Positions 29,433-44,609 of a DNA stretch of 64,000 nt are shown here, piece after piece (positions within the stretch are counted from its first letter, which is position 1; every line of letters begins with the position of its first letter). The notes under the pieces were generated by a model. The model saw nothing but the letters and a program-made list of their open reading frames with translations. It searched no databases and was not told the DNA's origin. The position numbers and the translations under genes are program-made. This DNA is from the human T2T-CHM13v2.0 reference genome, Homo sapiens, in the NCBI RefSeq assembly GCF_009914755.1, contig NC_060938.1, one strand, 5' to 3'.

Positions 29433-32400
29433 TTTTAATCCTCTCATTCAAGAGCACAGATGATAAAATATTTATCACTGTTAGTGGTGTTATCCCTGGT
29501 ATATCCTGGCAAATGCAGTGAGATACTAAGAAGTTTGATGCTGAAATTACTTTTTCAGCACTAGATTATTACATTTTTATGACAATTTGAAAATTAACCT
29601 ATCCTATGTGTATCAATAGCCCAGTTTTGTGCTATTTTCAAGTAATATGAATGTTACAGTGATGGTGGCCACATGATATGTTATGAAGGAATTTTATTTA
29701 CATCAAACTTCCCACAATAGCCTGTTTATTGAATTATCCCTGAAATAAAACCAATAAACCTGTCTTTGGAAACCAGTGACCACTGACCCACTTACATGTT
29801 ATGGATGGTTTCTTTTCTGATTGCCAGTTAGTGTGATTGGGGTAAGGAGGAGGTAACTAGTGTGACTTTCTTCAGGGCTCCCCTTATACTCTATGTGTCT
29901 TCTCTCCCTAGCTGTCTAAAGTTCTCTTCACCTTGAAGAGCCTCCCATATTTAACAGTTTATGATGGATGACCAGCCCACATTAGGGCACTGTTCAAATT
30001 TCAGATACTCAGGAAGGCCAATCCTCAGAGTGTTTCTGATCAAAACATTCTTTCTTATCTGTTCTGCTTTTTTAAAATTGCTTTTACTTTTCTTCCTTTT
30101 TTTGTTATTCCTACCAGGTTTTGTTGTTATTTTTTTTCTTCAGTGATGTCTAATTGCAGGTTACCATTTCATCTGCTACTTTATTTTTTATGCCTCAACA
30201 TTTGGTCTTCTCACCTCTGGTTCACTTCTCATGGGATTTTCTTCACCTAAAGTTACAACTTATTCTTCCTTGTCAGTCCCACCTCTCTGGAGCTGCCAAA
30301 AGCTCCCTCTTGCCCCTACCTGCTTCAGCCAGCATTATCTGCAGATATATCAGGTACCATCTGGGTCCTACCCTTCTCATATAGATCCACCCCAAATCTA
30401 CCTGCCTTTTCTTTTCTTTCTTTCTTTCCTTGTTTTTTTTTTTTTTTTACCTTCAGGACTTATGATTCTCAGAGAAAAGAGATGGAGAAACCAGCCCGTA
30501 ACTTATCTATCTGAGCTGAAACAGAATCAATGACAATAGTGGCATAAGTATCCAATGATTTTGAGCTAGGCCTTGTGAGTCTCTGACTGTAAGGTCACCC
30601 TCCTTATCTCACCAGTGTGCTGAGCCTTACCCAATCCTCAGCATATCACACCCATGTACTGAGTCACTCTGCATCAATCCCACGTTGGGGAAGAGAGCAA
30701 ATCTATTGGCAGGGGATAATACAGGATGGAATTAGCACAAAGGCTCTTCTAGTACTACAAAATGGCTTTCTTGCCATCTACTTGACCCAGCAAAACTGTT
30801 GTGTGATAATATTTACCTTAAAGTTGGTTGTTAGAGGGAGATAGTTGATATTCACATATTAGATCTCAATAGAAAAAATAGATAGTATAGGGGAATATTT
30901 TTTACTCCATACCAAACTTAATAATTTACCATTTTCTATGAAAGTGTCTTACATTCTACTTCTGTATTTTAATAACATGTTAAAATTATGATAATTATAT
31001 GATGTTTTTAAATTTTTTAGGTGCTTTTCTTTTTCTACCATGACAATGCTAAGTTTCTCTTCCTGATTATTCTTGATAATATTCTCCCCCACAAGGCCAA
31101 TGTTATCTCCTGTTTCTTCCCTCCACTCTACCTAGGCTGGTTTCCTCCCTGTTGACTGTCCTATCATGCGTGTTCATCTTTGTATTCTTCTTGAAGCCTG
31201 TGATGACTTTCACTACATTCTCTACCTTCGCAAATGCAGCATTTCCTTCAAAAGTCAGTTCCAAGTCTTTCCTGGACACAAAAATCACCACTTATGTTTC
31301 TGTATGTGAAATTTATCATGAAATGTAATACCTAAATTTATAGTATGTGGTATCGTTTCCTGTGCTACTAAGTGCATTACTTTGCCTCCTTCATTAGAGT
31401 ACAAATTCCTCCAAGTTAAGGGAACATGGAGACTATGGGCACTTCTCTGATTCATGTGATGTTCTCACAATATTGAACATAGCACATGAAAGAATATGTG
31501 ATTATCAGTTGGTTAGTGGCTGGCTTGCTTTGGATAGTCATTCATTCATTCCTTAATAATGGTTTTCTAGACTGTGGGTTACAGATGCTCCCTTCCATCC
31601 TCAGTCACCCTTGAAAATATGTTGAATTACATCTTACACTTTGCCTTAGATTAGCGTTTGTTACTATGAAAGAAAGAAAGATTTTCTGCCTTTCACAGCC
31701 TGGATCCTACTCACTGAGACTATAGGCTGTCAGAATGCTACATGCTCCCAGCCCTTTAACTCTTTTCACTCTGCTATGGCCACAACTGGAATACACCTTT
31801 TCCTCAATTACAAAAGCCACACAAGATTCTACCTGCAGCCTCAGTACACTTCAACAATTCTCTTATTAGTCCTTTTGTAAACTTACTACCTAAGATTTTG
31901 CAGTCCCTTTGATGTCTATATATCTTGCCAATCTATCACTTGAAGGTGCCTGTTTTACTCCAATGACAAAAAAAATCCAATCTAATATTTTTTCACCTTT
32001 TCTTTCTCTGCCTCAGAGTTGATAATACTTACCTTTGTCACTTTCGTCTCACCTAGGTCCAGGCATGAGCATAGCCCTGCTTCATTTCAACTTAGCCTAT
32101 CTTTATGGCCTTCAGGTCTCCTCTCATCTGGAATTGAGTTCTGTAGATTTTGTCCTGTATGCCCATAATCCACTAAATAGTGTTCCCATTGTTTTCAAAT
32201 ATAATTCACAGGGGTAAAGATAGAAAATGTATTTTTTAGGGCTTTTTCTAACAATTATATTTTCCATGGAATGCTGAAGTCCCACAAGGAATTCTGAGGC
32301 CCAGGTAAGGAAGAAGAATTAGGGAAGACACACCAGTGGGAGGTTGCCTAGGGCACACCAAACCATTGCAAAAGTATAGTAAATCCAGGCCAATCCACAG

Positions 32401-32619
32401 GTGAGATTGAGACTACAGAATACATTGTTCTTTGGTTAGAATTGGCTTAACAACAAGTCAATGACCTAAGCTAGGGTAGGCATAAGCTGGCGTGTCTTAT
32501 CTCTTATGCAAAATTGTAAGTTCTCCGAGAATAGTCTTCCACACTTGGCATATTACTTCTATTACACATTTTAAAAGATAATTTTGATTATATGGGTTAA
32601 GTTAAATGTACTCCATGCT

Positions 32620-32760
32620 CAACGTTAATTGATGAACACATATCTATTAAGCACTATTGTGGAAAATCTATTTGGTGAGGATACACAGGAACTCCAAGGA
32701 AGGGTAAGACCTTTATTCTGCATTCTAGGAGTCTGTAACATAGCTGAGGAGAAGAAACAC
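32620..32760 (-). mobile_element. L2 3' end
   Basis: catatctattaagcactattgt...ggatacacagg...taagacc...ctgcattctaggagtctgta. Confidence 0.6.
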
Positions 32761-35647
32761 CCAGTAAAAATGTGTCACTGAAACTTAAACAAATTATTTA
32801 ACTTCCTTAAAAAGTAGTTTTTAATATGAAAAATGGGAGATTAAAGTTGGTCTTCTAGGTTCCTTAGAATTCTAGAACTCCAAGTAAACTAGATATACAT
32901 GTGTCCATACTTATGTCAGATGGGTGCTATCCACAGTAGGTGCTACAGTTATGCAGAAAATAAAGAGATATCTGGAAACTGGGGTAGATATACATTCATG
33001 GAGGTGTTGGAGTTTGAACTGAGCCTTAAAGGAATAGTCTTGGAAGGAAAAATTATTATCCATCACTGAATAACGTGGGCAAAAGTACAGGGAAAATACA
33101 TCTCTACTTTTTTTTGTTGTTGTTGGGGCAGGCTTCAGCCAAAAGAGCATTTGGAATTGTCTCGACTTTTCCCTGCTCTAGACTTCTCCTGTCTCTGCAC
33201 ATTTGTTTCTGCATTTTCAGAATCTAGCTATTTTAGTGTACCAAATCTCTTAAAAGGACCTGTATTCATTGTGATACAACCCCTATAGGAACTTGAGATA
33301 ATCAGAATTTCAAGAGAAAATTATAGTTTCTTGGTGCCTGAACTGACCCAACCTCATGGGTTTAGGATACTAATCAGTGGTTCCCTGGATCAGTTATCTG
33401 ATCCTGTCACCAATCAAGGACAGGACTGTCACGTCTCAAAATACTACTTTTTCAAGGGGAAGAATATTTCTCCTTTAGTATGTCTCAGCGGAGGTGGAAA
33501 ATGCAAATAACCTTTTTAGGAGCCCTTTAAACACATAGACTCCTCACTTAGGGCCCAATTAGTAGGAACAACCAACCTACTCTACAAGGTTTTACTCTTC
33601 CCTTGAAATTACACTTCAAAAAAACATGCACTGACTCCCCCCAGGCATAGAAGCAGGATCCGTGTTTTAATTCTAACCTTAATTAAATCTTTACACAAAC
33701 TCACTATTTGGCTGTCCAATGAAGAAGGGCAAGTAGAAGGAAGGAAGTGAAGAGCATTTGCTCTTCCTCTGTCTTCCGTGAGGGTTATATACCCAAAACT
33801 CTCTGTCTTAATTTGGAATAGGGGGAATTAGATTTTGTCATAAAGTCATAAGAGTTGTGTTATAAGAGTACGTGTATACAGTAGTTGAAATGAGTGCCCA
33901 GAAATCTTCCTAGTTTCTTCCCCACCTGTCATGGAGTTTCATTGTATTACCTTGCACTTAACAAAGCCAAATCATTGAAAGATACAGTCCCTCCATGAAC
34001 AACAATCAATTCTGTAACTGATCCTTACCCATCTATTTCAATACCATGCATAATGACACTATCCTTTGGAATGCAGGGAAAAAAATTCCAAATGACAATT
34101 TGTCTTAAATGTAGACAGTGCTTTAAAATATATGCCTGATCATAAGAGTGGATATAGTATTTAAGTGTGTCAGAACTTTCTTGCTCTTCTACCTTCCTCC
34201 TTTTTGGTTATTGTTGAAAATATATGGGGAAAAAATGGCAAAAGAAATAGGCCCTACATCTGAATTTTAAGTTCCTGTTTTTTGAGAGAAAGAAATATTT
34301 TGTTTATTTTATTTGTTTTTTTTTTCTTTCCCATTAGTAAAATAATTCCAACTAAGGTAAAGTTTAGTGGAACTAAACTTTTACTGTGTGCAACTCTGAC
34401 TTTCAAGAGTAAAAGGAAAGTAAATGTAATACCCCAGTACACCTAAAACCAGGATTAATGTTTTACTTTATCTTGCAACAGTACTAAAATTAAAAGCAAA
34501 ACAAGACACATTTTAGATATGATACAGTGAGCACTAGAGAAAACCTCTTTTATTGATGGGAGCATATTTTAAAATATCTTCTCACCTTTAGTCTTTGGGT
34601 TAGTCTCAGTCCCTCTGCATAGGGAGCAAACAATACATGAAGAACTATTTGGGGGAAATTGCTATAAAGAAACAATAACTTGCTAGGGAAAAAAAAAAAC
34701 AATTAACTGTGAAGCATGTATCCCTGAATCTGAATCATGGCCATAATACTTATTAGACCCCCAAATTTGAGCTTCCATTGCCTTACTTGTAGAATGGAGA
34801 AAAAAAATTCCTCTTGAGGTGTCAGTAAAAGAAGATGAATGTATCCCTCATGTTTATTCTGATCAGATTATTTTTATTTTTTGCCTTATGGCATTTACCT
34901 TTAACAATTTTGAATATCTCTGAAAGAAAGGGAGAAAGGATGGAAGGTACGAAGGAGGGTGAAAAGGAAGGAAGGAAGGAAAGGTCTTTGTTTTCCTTAC
35001 CTGGCACAGCTAAATATTGGCAAATCACAATAGATAGCAAAAATCTAAAATACCTAGGAGTACATTTAACAAGAATTTATATTTTTAAACTATAAAAATG
35101 AATAAATACTATCTAAATCAAAGACTATGGTTTTGAGTGGTGACAATTTAATATCAAAGTAATTCCCCACTACATTTCTAAGTAAAATCTCCCTCTGGTG
35201 TCTTTTTCTTAATTTCCCAGTGTTCTTAAAATTCCTATGGAAGAATAAGTATCTGAGGATAGCCAAGGAAAATATAAGTAAGAAGACTTTGAGTAAGAAC
35301 TATGCTTTATAATTCTAATATAAAACCATTGTAATAAAAAATAATGTATGAACCTGGCATGAAAAGTGGGCAAATAGATTAAAGGACAAGAATTGTAGCT
35401 CAGAAATTTTCCCCAGCATACATGGAAATTTAATCACTTCCAAAGCTGTTATCACAATTTAGTGGAGAGATGGAAAGTGTTTTTTTGGCAAATGGTAGAA
35501 AGATAACCAACCATCCATTTAGAAGAAAATAATGTTGGTGCCTATCTCACATCATAAACAGAAATAAATTCCAAGTGAATTGAAGACTTAAAGTTTAAAA
35601 AATTATTAAAAATATTGGAAGAAAATTTGGACTAGAGATACAATCTA

Positions 35648-36049
<402 letters not shown>

Positions 36050-36113
36050 TTACAATAAAAGATATCATTGCCAAATTCAATATGTAAATTATATATTTGG
36101 AAATGTAATAAAA

Positions 36114-36655
36114 TGTGTCCATGAGAATTACAAGTAGTTATAACCAAAAACCCAAGTAACTGTGGCTTGGACAAATTAGGTGTCTTAATTTTTGACATGT
36201 AATAAGAAGTTGGAAGGTAGGCAATCCAGACCTCATACAATGACTCCATGTGGTAATCACAAACTGAGCTCATTCTACCTGTCTCCTTAGCTGTCCTGAC
36301 TATATAGGCTTTCATCCTCATATTTGTCACTTCATGTTCACTGAATGGCTTCTCCACCTTAAGGCAGGAAATAAAAGAAAACAGGAAGGTGAAAGCAAAA
36401 AATGTATATGTGGGCTAAGTTTGTATCTTTTAAAAGAAGAGACCCAGAAGTCTCTTCTAGTAAATTATGGTTATATATCTTTATCCATAAATGTGTCTAT
36501 CCCAGTTGCAAGGACAACTGGTTAATATGATTTGTTTTGTAATTGTTTTTGTTTCTCTAATCTGGGCATATTTGCAACTTTAGCATTAGAGTTATTTTAC
36601 TATGGGGAGAAGGGCAATATTAATTCCAGAAAGGTGGCTAGCAGTGCCTGCCACA
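36114..36655 (-). mobile_element. MLT1 (J-like) LTR
   Basis: aacccaagtaactgtggcttggacaaa...aagaagttggaaggtaggcaatccag...ggctagcagtgcctgccaca. Confidence 0.75.
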
Positions 36656-36997
36656 CAAATGAAGGTAGCGTTAATGTCTAGACTCTACCTAAAATTTTTG
36701 CAAATTGATAACTGAGGAAAACAACCCAATAGAAAAATTGGTGATAAATATGAATAAACAATTCACAGAAGAAAAAATTCAGATTATCCTTAAACCAATG
36801 AAAAGATGCCCAACCTCCTTCATCGTCAGACAATTTCAAATTTAAGTAACAATGAGATGTTTTGTATTCATATGATTGGCATGAATTTAAAAGTGTGGTA
36901 ACTCCTATTGCCGTTTGAGATGTAGAAAAATTTTAAATTGTTACAGCTTTTTTTTAAAAAAGATTAACTTTTGAATGGCAGTTTCTATTGAAAGTTT

Positions 36998-37031
<34 letters not shown>

Positions 37032-37460
37032 TATATATGCTTTGATCAGAAATCCTAATTATGAGACTCTCATAGAAATAAAAATACCAGTATCTAGCTA
37101 TACATACCCAATATTGCATCATATTTTGCGGTGGTTTAAAAAAAAAAAAAGAGGAAAGATTAAGTAAATGTTCACTAATAGAAAAATGGAATTAAGTAAA
37201 TTATAGTAAATCCCTATCAGGGACTATTATGCAGTCATTTTGCAGAATGGACTTGATCTGTCTTCATCTAAAGCAGATGACTTAGAAATATTTCCACAAT
37301 GTATTGTTAAGTGAGGAAATGAGATAGTAATGGAGAAAGATAAGAATGATGCAGGTTATTAATCTGGGTGGCCAGCGCTTGGAGAGAGGAAGGGGAGCAA
37401 TAGGGGAATATGGAATGGGGAAAGCAAAAGAAATCAAATTTTAGATATGTACACAAGTAA

Positions 37461-37782
<322 letters not shown>

Positions 37783-38679
37783 CAGATTTCTTTTTTAAAA
37801 GACCTGAAATAAGGAAGAGAAATCATAGCATAAACTAAGTTTAACAAGATCAGTGTGGGATAAAGAACAGAAGATTGAGAATTTTTTTGGAGCTGTTCCT
37901 GATTAGATGTTAGAAGATTTTGGTTATCACCAATCCTTTTCAGAGAAAAATTTTATAAACTTACAAGTATCCATTGCACGTGCTTTACATTTGTTTTATA
38001 TCAATATGACTGTAAACTTTATAGAGATCTTTTTAATACATGAATAGGACATCTTATTTTTAAGGCAGGTAAATGTGCTTTTTCTCACTTCAAACAAATT
38101 ATGTCCACAAGCTGAATAATGAGAAGGGTACTTCATAGTGTATCACACTGCCGAATTACACGTTCACTGTTTTCATCCTTGAAAACCGTGGGCTGCTTCA
38201 GAGTGGGAAACAGTCTTCACTGCTTATAACTGAGTTCCAGAATTTTCCCAGCCATCTGATTCCCAAGCCCAGAGCTTCGGCTTCTGGGTTCTGTTGCTGG
38301 CAGTGAGGAAGTGGGATAGCACATTGTTTAAATCACAGCACTTCTCTGTTTCCTGGCTAAGTTACAAAACAGTGTTGTAGTCGTGAAACTGAATATCATC
38401 AGCACACATTTGTGGCATGCACAGAGCATGCACGACTCTGTAGTAGCGCTCTAGGCAAGCTTATGATGGCTTTTAAAAGAGGTGTTGTTGCTTCCTTTAG
38501 GAAGTTTATGAACTAAAGGAAGACAAAAACCAAACCAAACCAAACAGAAAGCAATGCATTGGACTTTCCATCACAGCAATTACATGTCTGATTCTGGGCT
38601 TTGTGCCTATTAATACTCAGTAATATCCATTGAATATGTGAACGAACCAACCACGTTAACAGGAACTGTACTGTTATAG

Positions 38680-39480
38680 CAATTCTTAACTGGAAGTTTT
38701 GTCTTCTGCCTCACTCCACTAGAATCTATCTCCATCCAGTTGAATGCAAATCTGATAATATTTTTTTCCTATGGTTTCCAGATAGCTTTAGGAATCAGAA
38801 AGAGGCACTGATTGTAAACCTGAAAGTGTGCTTTGTGGAGCCTGCATGATGTTTTAAATAATTGAATTAGAATGCCTTTTAATGAGCGGCACACTCTCTA
38901 GTTTTCCCACAGAAAACCTCTAGCCTATGGTGTTGAATAGGTGATCCCCCAGCTACAGGATAAAATCCCAACTCCTCAGTGATGTACAGACTCTTCCCAC
39001 TTTATCCCTTGCTTATTATTTCAGTCTTGAGTCCCACCATTTTGCTATATGCAACCGGCACTCTAGCCATGCTGGATTGTTTGCTGTTTCCTGAATATGC
39101 TGTGCTCGTTCAGTCCTCTGCAAATGTACTTATGCTACTTCTTTCTCCTGAATTGCTTATTCTGTCTCATTAACCTAGTGTACTCCCTCCTACCCATTCA
39201 TGTTCAATTAAAATATTACTGCCCTCATAATATCATTTTTAACTGACCTAGAAAAACAAGTTAGATATTCACATCTTCAATATTCCATCTATTTATCAAT
39301 TGTTGCACTTTTTATATTGATACTTATCTGACTCTTCACCCATCAGAAAGATGGAGTTCTCTCTTTGTACACCTTGCACCTATCACTGGCTTCATCACAG
39401 GATCCCTATCACAGTCTTTTTGATGAAGCATTGTTGGATGGATAGATGGATGCATGGACTAGGTGATAAATGAATGATGA
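38680..39480 (+). mobile_element. L2 3' region, interrupted by a small hAT element
   Basis: aggataaaatcccaactcctcag...tttgctgtttcctgaatatgc...tgttggatggatagatggatg. Confidence 0.75.
38794..38952. mobile_element. hAT-Charlie MITE relic (MER102-like)
   Basis: ttgaattagaatgccttt...gcacactctctagttttcccacag...gtgatccccc; degenerate 8-bp TSD ctttagga/ctacagga. Confidence 0.5.
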
Positions 39481-40560
39481 ACCATTAAGTGAAATAAGGA
39501 GTGTGGTATAGACTTGGAAAAGAAAAGTTACTGTTGAAATAGCTCTAGAGAAAAATATTTTTTAAGAGTTGTATAGGATAAGATGAAGGTGAGGATGACT
39601 TATCTATAATTTTATCTTTGGAAATTGTGAGTTAACATTTGTAAACAGGGTGGATATTTTGGAGAGAAGGTGCTACATAACTACAGCACAATTATTTATT
39701 ATCCTCTAAAATAGTCCCTTTCTTTGGCATGTTTAAAACCTAAAGTCTGGTTGGCGTTATAAATATGCATGAGCTGTTGGGGGAAGAGAGCATAAAGTGT
39801 GAATCACACTTCAAACAGACCCACCCGCTCACTCCCGACTTCAAGTTTTTCAGAAGTGTGAAATGAAAATGCTTTAAAATTAGAAAATGTGCCATCAGAA
39901 CTTTTATCAGCCCTCGGAGAAAATAAATAATCTCTAAATGTGGGGAATGCTGGGGATATTTATTTAGTTAGTTTCACAGCTAAGATGCTTTGATAAATTT
40001 TTGTGTCATAAAATGCACAAATTAATTTTAATGAATGTGGAAACAAATAACTTCTAAAACAGCCTGAGTACCCAAGGCTGCAATCTAGGGTTTCTGAGGG
40101 ATTATTGAAACCTAATCTATGGACAAATTGTCTCAATGGGGAAAAGAAACTCTTACAGGTGTCTTTCCCTCTGATACATTTGCATTTGAAGGGTGATCTT
40201 GTAGCATTTGAGGAGTGGGTGAATTTCTGGAAAGAGACACTTGGATCTTAAATTGCTAAATGGTAACGAAAATGAGAGAAAATAGTACAGTTAGCTGTTT
40301 GCTTTCGAGTTTGTGGAAAGTGATTTTCTAATCAATGTTACTCTTGATTTCTTAAGCATAACAAGATTAAAATGAGTGTGAATATAAAAGATCATGATAA
40401 AAGATAAAGGATGATGACCTGAGATCTTCTTTATTTTTTATTACTAATTTGTTTGAAGAATAGTCCATCATTTCCAGTAACTTTGTGACCAAAAAAATGG
40501 CTATGTGGTTGTTGCCATCAAGGCCAGTAATAGAGAAGAGGGACAAAGAGAGAGGTGCTC

Positions 40561-40735
40561 CATTGGTATCCTCAACCTGTGTGTAGTACATAGGCATCAC
40601 TGGGTGGGCTGGAGCTAGCCCAGATGGCTGGGCTCCACCCAGGTTTCCTGATGCAGTATGCCTGGGGTTGGGCAGCCTGAGTTGCATTTGTCATACCCTC
40701 CCAGGTGATACTGATGCACACTTTGAGAAACACTG
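40561..40735 (-). mobile_element. MER5A
   Basis: cagatggctgggctccaccc...ttgcattt...cccaggtgatactgatgcacactttgagaaacactg. Confidence 0.8.
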
Positions 40736-41954
40736 CTCTGTTCCAATACTTACATGCAATTTTTTTAAAAAAATTATGTAATGACCATCTGTGGTTAAAT
40801 GCTGAGCTCATTTTATAAACCTTAAGCGTCTTGGCAAGTGTCTCTGTCTTTTTTTTAATTGTCTGATAATTTAAAATACCATTTTATTAGCCTACTATTG
40901 TGGAAGTTGAAACTCTATTATATTCACTCTGTTATTGTTAACCACCTCACATTTTCTGTGGTATCGTAGAACAGAAATTGTTCTAAAGGAATGGAAAAAC
41001 AACATTTACTTTCATCAAATTGTTGTCTAGCCTCTTGATTGAGTTGTAGCTATTGTTACTAATTTATTGCTAGTTTTTACAACATGCCCATGATTTTTTT
41101 CTGTTTCAGACTGAAAGTAAATCTGAATAGATGAAATCTAATTTAAGTACATGCTGTTAGGTTCTGTGTTTTGGGGGATAGATTAAAAATACAAGAGAAA
41201 GCACAAGACAACATGATCTCTCACATGTATACATATGTTCAACTGCATGTCTTTTGTTGATAATCTCCAAAACATACATATTTTGACTTCAGTACCATAC
41301 CAGATACTGGAAACCAAGTGATAAGATGACTTTACTCTGGGATGTGAATGTCATTGAGTCAGCAGCTTTCTACCAAATCATTAATCTCTGCCCAGGTCCA
41401 AATTGCTTCAGTGATTTTCCTACCACTCAGCATTTTCCTTGGTGAAGGACCCTTCCAATACAAGTCTTCTGGCTTTTCTTTCTACTAGAGGGAAGGCTTT
41501 CTCTCAGCAGCTATTTCTAAAATGAGGCTGATGATGAGAGTGATAGATGAAAAAACTCATCTCTGAGGTTTGTCTTCTTCTTGCATCTGCTGATAGCACT
41601 CACTTCTCAGCTCCTCTTTATACCTAAAAGATGTGCTTCTCTATTATTTCAATAATTCTGATGCTGCTCATTCTTTACTTATTTTCAGAGATGTTTATGA
41701 GATTTCAAGCTCCTTAACTAGACATATACAAAGAGCAAGAAAACAACAACAACAAAAAATTCTCCCTGGTCTTTTCTGGAACTAACAATAGAATACTTGA
41801 CCAAGAACCAAGATTGCAGACTATCTCAGTGTTAGTGGAACCATTTCACTTCTCGATGTTTTCTTATAAAACACACAGTTTGAGCTGTATTGTTAATCTA
41901 CTTGGAAAGATATTATCATTTTTTAAAACAAATATCTGCTGGGTGAGTGTTAGG

Positions 41955-42094
41955 CAATGGCTCTCAAAGTGTAGTCCCAGGACCAGCAGCATTAGCAAAT
42001 TCCCAGTTCCCACCTCAAACCTGCTGAGTCTGAAACTCTAGGGGAGGAACCCAGCAATTTGCGTTTCAACAAGCCCTCCCAGATGATTCTGATG
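41955..42094 (+). mobile_element. MER5A
   Basis: caatggctctcaaagtgtagtcccaggaccagcagcattagc...aacaagccctcccagatgattctgatg. Confidence 0.85.
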
Positions 42095-42741
42095 TTATAG
42101 CAATTCTTAACTTGCTTAAGAATTTGGAAAGTCTTACAAATAAAGGCAGGACTGGGTGGAGAAAATGGAGAGGTCTGATTATCTTTCATGTAATCCCCAC
42201 ATAATTTGGTGTCTGCAGGAGACACTTTTATTTGTTTGCTATAAATAACTGGGAGCTTGCCAGTGGTGAAGAAGATATCCAGAGAACATTGTGAATATAT
42301 ACTTAGTTTCTCCAACCTGGACAGACCAGGAGCCTTTATGTCAAGATCCTGCACGGATAATTCCCCTCAGGTGGAGAGCTGGTGGTTTTTCCAAGCACCC
42401 AGCCACAACTGCCACTGCATTCTATTTCTTTAATGCTCAATCAGTGCCCCTGGCCATTTGATGATCATTCCTCCCTAATGTTGTGAGGTATTTAGTCCAA
42501 ATAGTACAATCCATGTTTGCTTTCTTTCTCTTCTAGTAAAATGTATAGGTTGCTGTAATAGCCTGTGTCTGCCCCAGACCACAATCATAAAAATAATAAT
42601 AAATTACCTCGCTGTCTCTGGGTTTTCTTTCAGGCTCAACATGTGGTTTGTGGCTTATGGGGTATTGATTGTGCATTATCAGTTTAGCTCACACACTGAC
42701 AATTACATGTAGCGCCAAGGTAGCCGTGACAATGTAGTCCA

Positions 42742-42755
42742 GTTGCCATAGCAAT
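42742..42755. promoter_or_regulatory. RFX X-box motif (candidate)
   Basis: gttgccatagcaat matches GTTGCCATGGCAAC at 12/14 positions, in non-repeat DNA. Confidence 0.45.
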
Positions 42756-43800
42756 GAAAGAAGGCCTATTGCTGCTACCTGCAACCTGCTTTATAGTGAT
42801 AAACGTGCTGCTTATTTCATTTTAATTGAAATTTGAAATCATAGTCTCTAGCAAGAAATAAATGGACTCACTCCCCATTTTTCCCCCTTGGCCACACAAA
42901 AACAAGTATTAGTAGGAAATATCTGAGCATTTTTAAAAAGTAAATATCAAATTTTTGACAGTATGTTTTCCAGTAGTTTCACTGGTACTAGAAACAGATG
43001 AAGAGTGATACTTTGCTGAATAAAAATTGAATTAGCTCTCATGTTTTTGCATTCTTAATTAACTGCTATTTTTTATTTCCCTAAGTCCCTCATCTTAACA
43101 GCTTACCCTGCATGGTGTACTTTATATAACAGAGACTTTAATGGATTTACTTGCTGAGTTTAGTTCATATCTAAAAACTCACAGCAGATATCATAAGGTA
43201 CTTGAAAATTAGAATCACAGGGCGCTGTGGAAGCTTTTACATAATTGAAAAAATTGATAATAATAATAAATATTTAGCCATGTACGGTTTCACTTCTATG
43301 CCAGTGCCTCATCTATGCCTCAGACCTAATAATCTTTATGTGACGTCATTACTACGTACTACAGTCATATACAATCTATAGTGCTATATGTAGCCAAGAG
43401 AGAGAGATACTGTGAAATATGGTCAGGAATGAAGAGATTCTATGTCAGTCAGTCCAAAAAAGATAGAAATTTAGTACAGAAAACCAACCAACTATGGAAA
43501 TGAATAGTAAGATAGTAACTAAATATGTATAGATGTGTGTATATGTATGTGTCTGTGTGCATATATATATATATATATATATGCACACACACATAGGCAT
43601 GAAGTGCCAAACTATTTTTAAAAGTATGAACTTGGTCTATAAAGATTCTAAATAGGTCAGTGGAAGACTGGGTCAAATCTGAGATTCCACTTTGACCTTT
43701 TGATCTTTATCTGAAAGAAGTCAGATGATTTCCCTTTTCTGGTACAAGCCTGTAAGTTAGCACAACATTTTATTTCCCTGGACTATGTGAAGTATATAGT

Positions 43801-43899
43801 AGATATTTAGGACAGAGAGAAACCTATGGTGGGGAGTAAAATTTAACTAGGGTAATATAAAATATAGGATCTCCCCTTAAAGAGCTTATGATGACATGT

Positions 43900-43905
<6 letters not shown>
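43801..43905 (+). repeat. Inverted repeat, left arm (105 bp)
   Basis: Reverse complement of 44299-44403 with 5 mismatches and no indels. Confidence 0.98.
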
Positions 43906-44200
<295 letters not shown>

Positions 44201-44298
44201 TCTTATGATAACATGAAAACTTATTTTTTTATAAAGTGACCTCAGAAAATGTGCACAGGGTGGGGCATCTCATGTGAAAAGCATCTCAATCATTGATT

Positions 44299-44403
44299 CC
44301 AGCCACATGCCATCATAAGCTCTTTAAGGAGAGATCCTATATTTTATATTACCCTCATTAAATCTTACTCCCCACCATAGGTTTCTCTCTGTCCTAAATA
44401 TCT
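44299..44403 (-). repeat. Inverted repeat, right arm (105 bp)
   Basis: ccagccacatgccatcataagc...gtcctaaatatct is the reverse complement of 43801-43905. Confidence 0.98.
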
Positions 44404-44609
44404 GCTTTTAGAAGGAGTAAACATGACTTGGGAATTAGATGGCTCCCATCTGTGAAAATGGATTCTTACCAGTGGTGTTTTTTGGGTGGTTGGGTTATAA
44501 TAAAAAGGAAAATATTATTTCCCTTATATTTTAGTCTTTCTTCTTACTCCTAGTTATAATCATGGTCCTCCAAATAATTATGATGATAATAAAATGATCA
44601 ATATCATGT

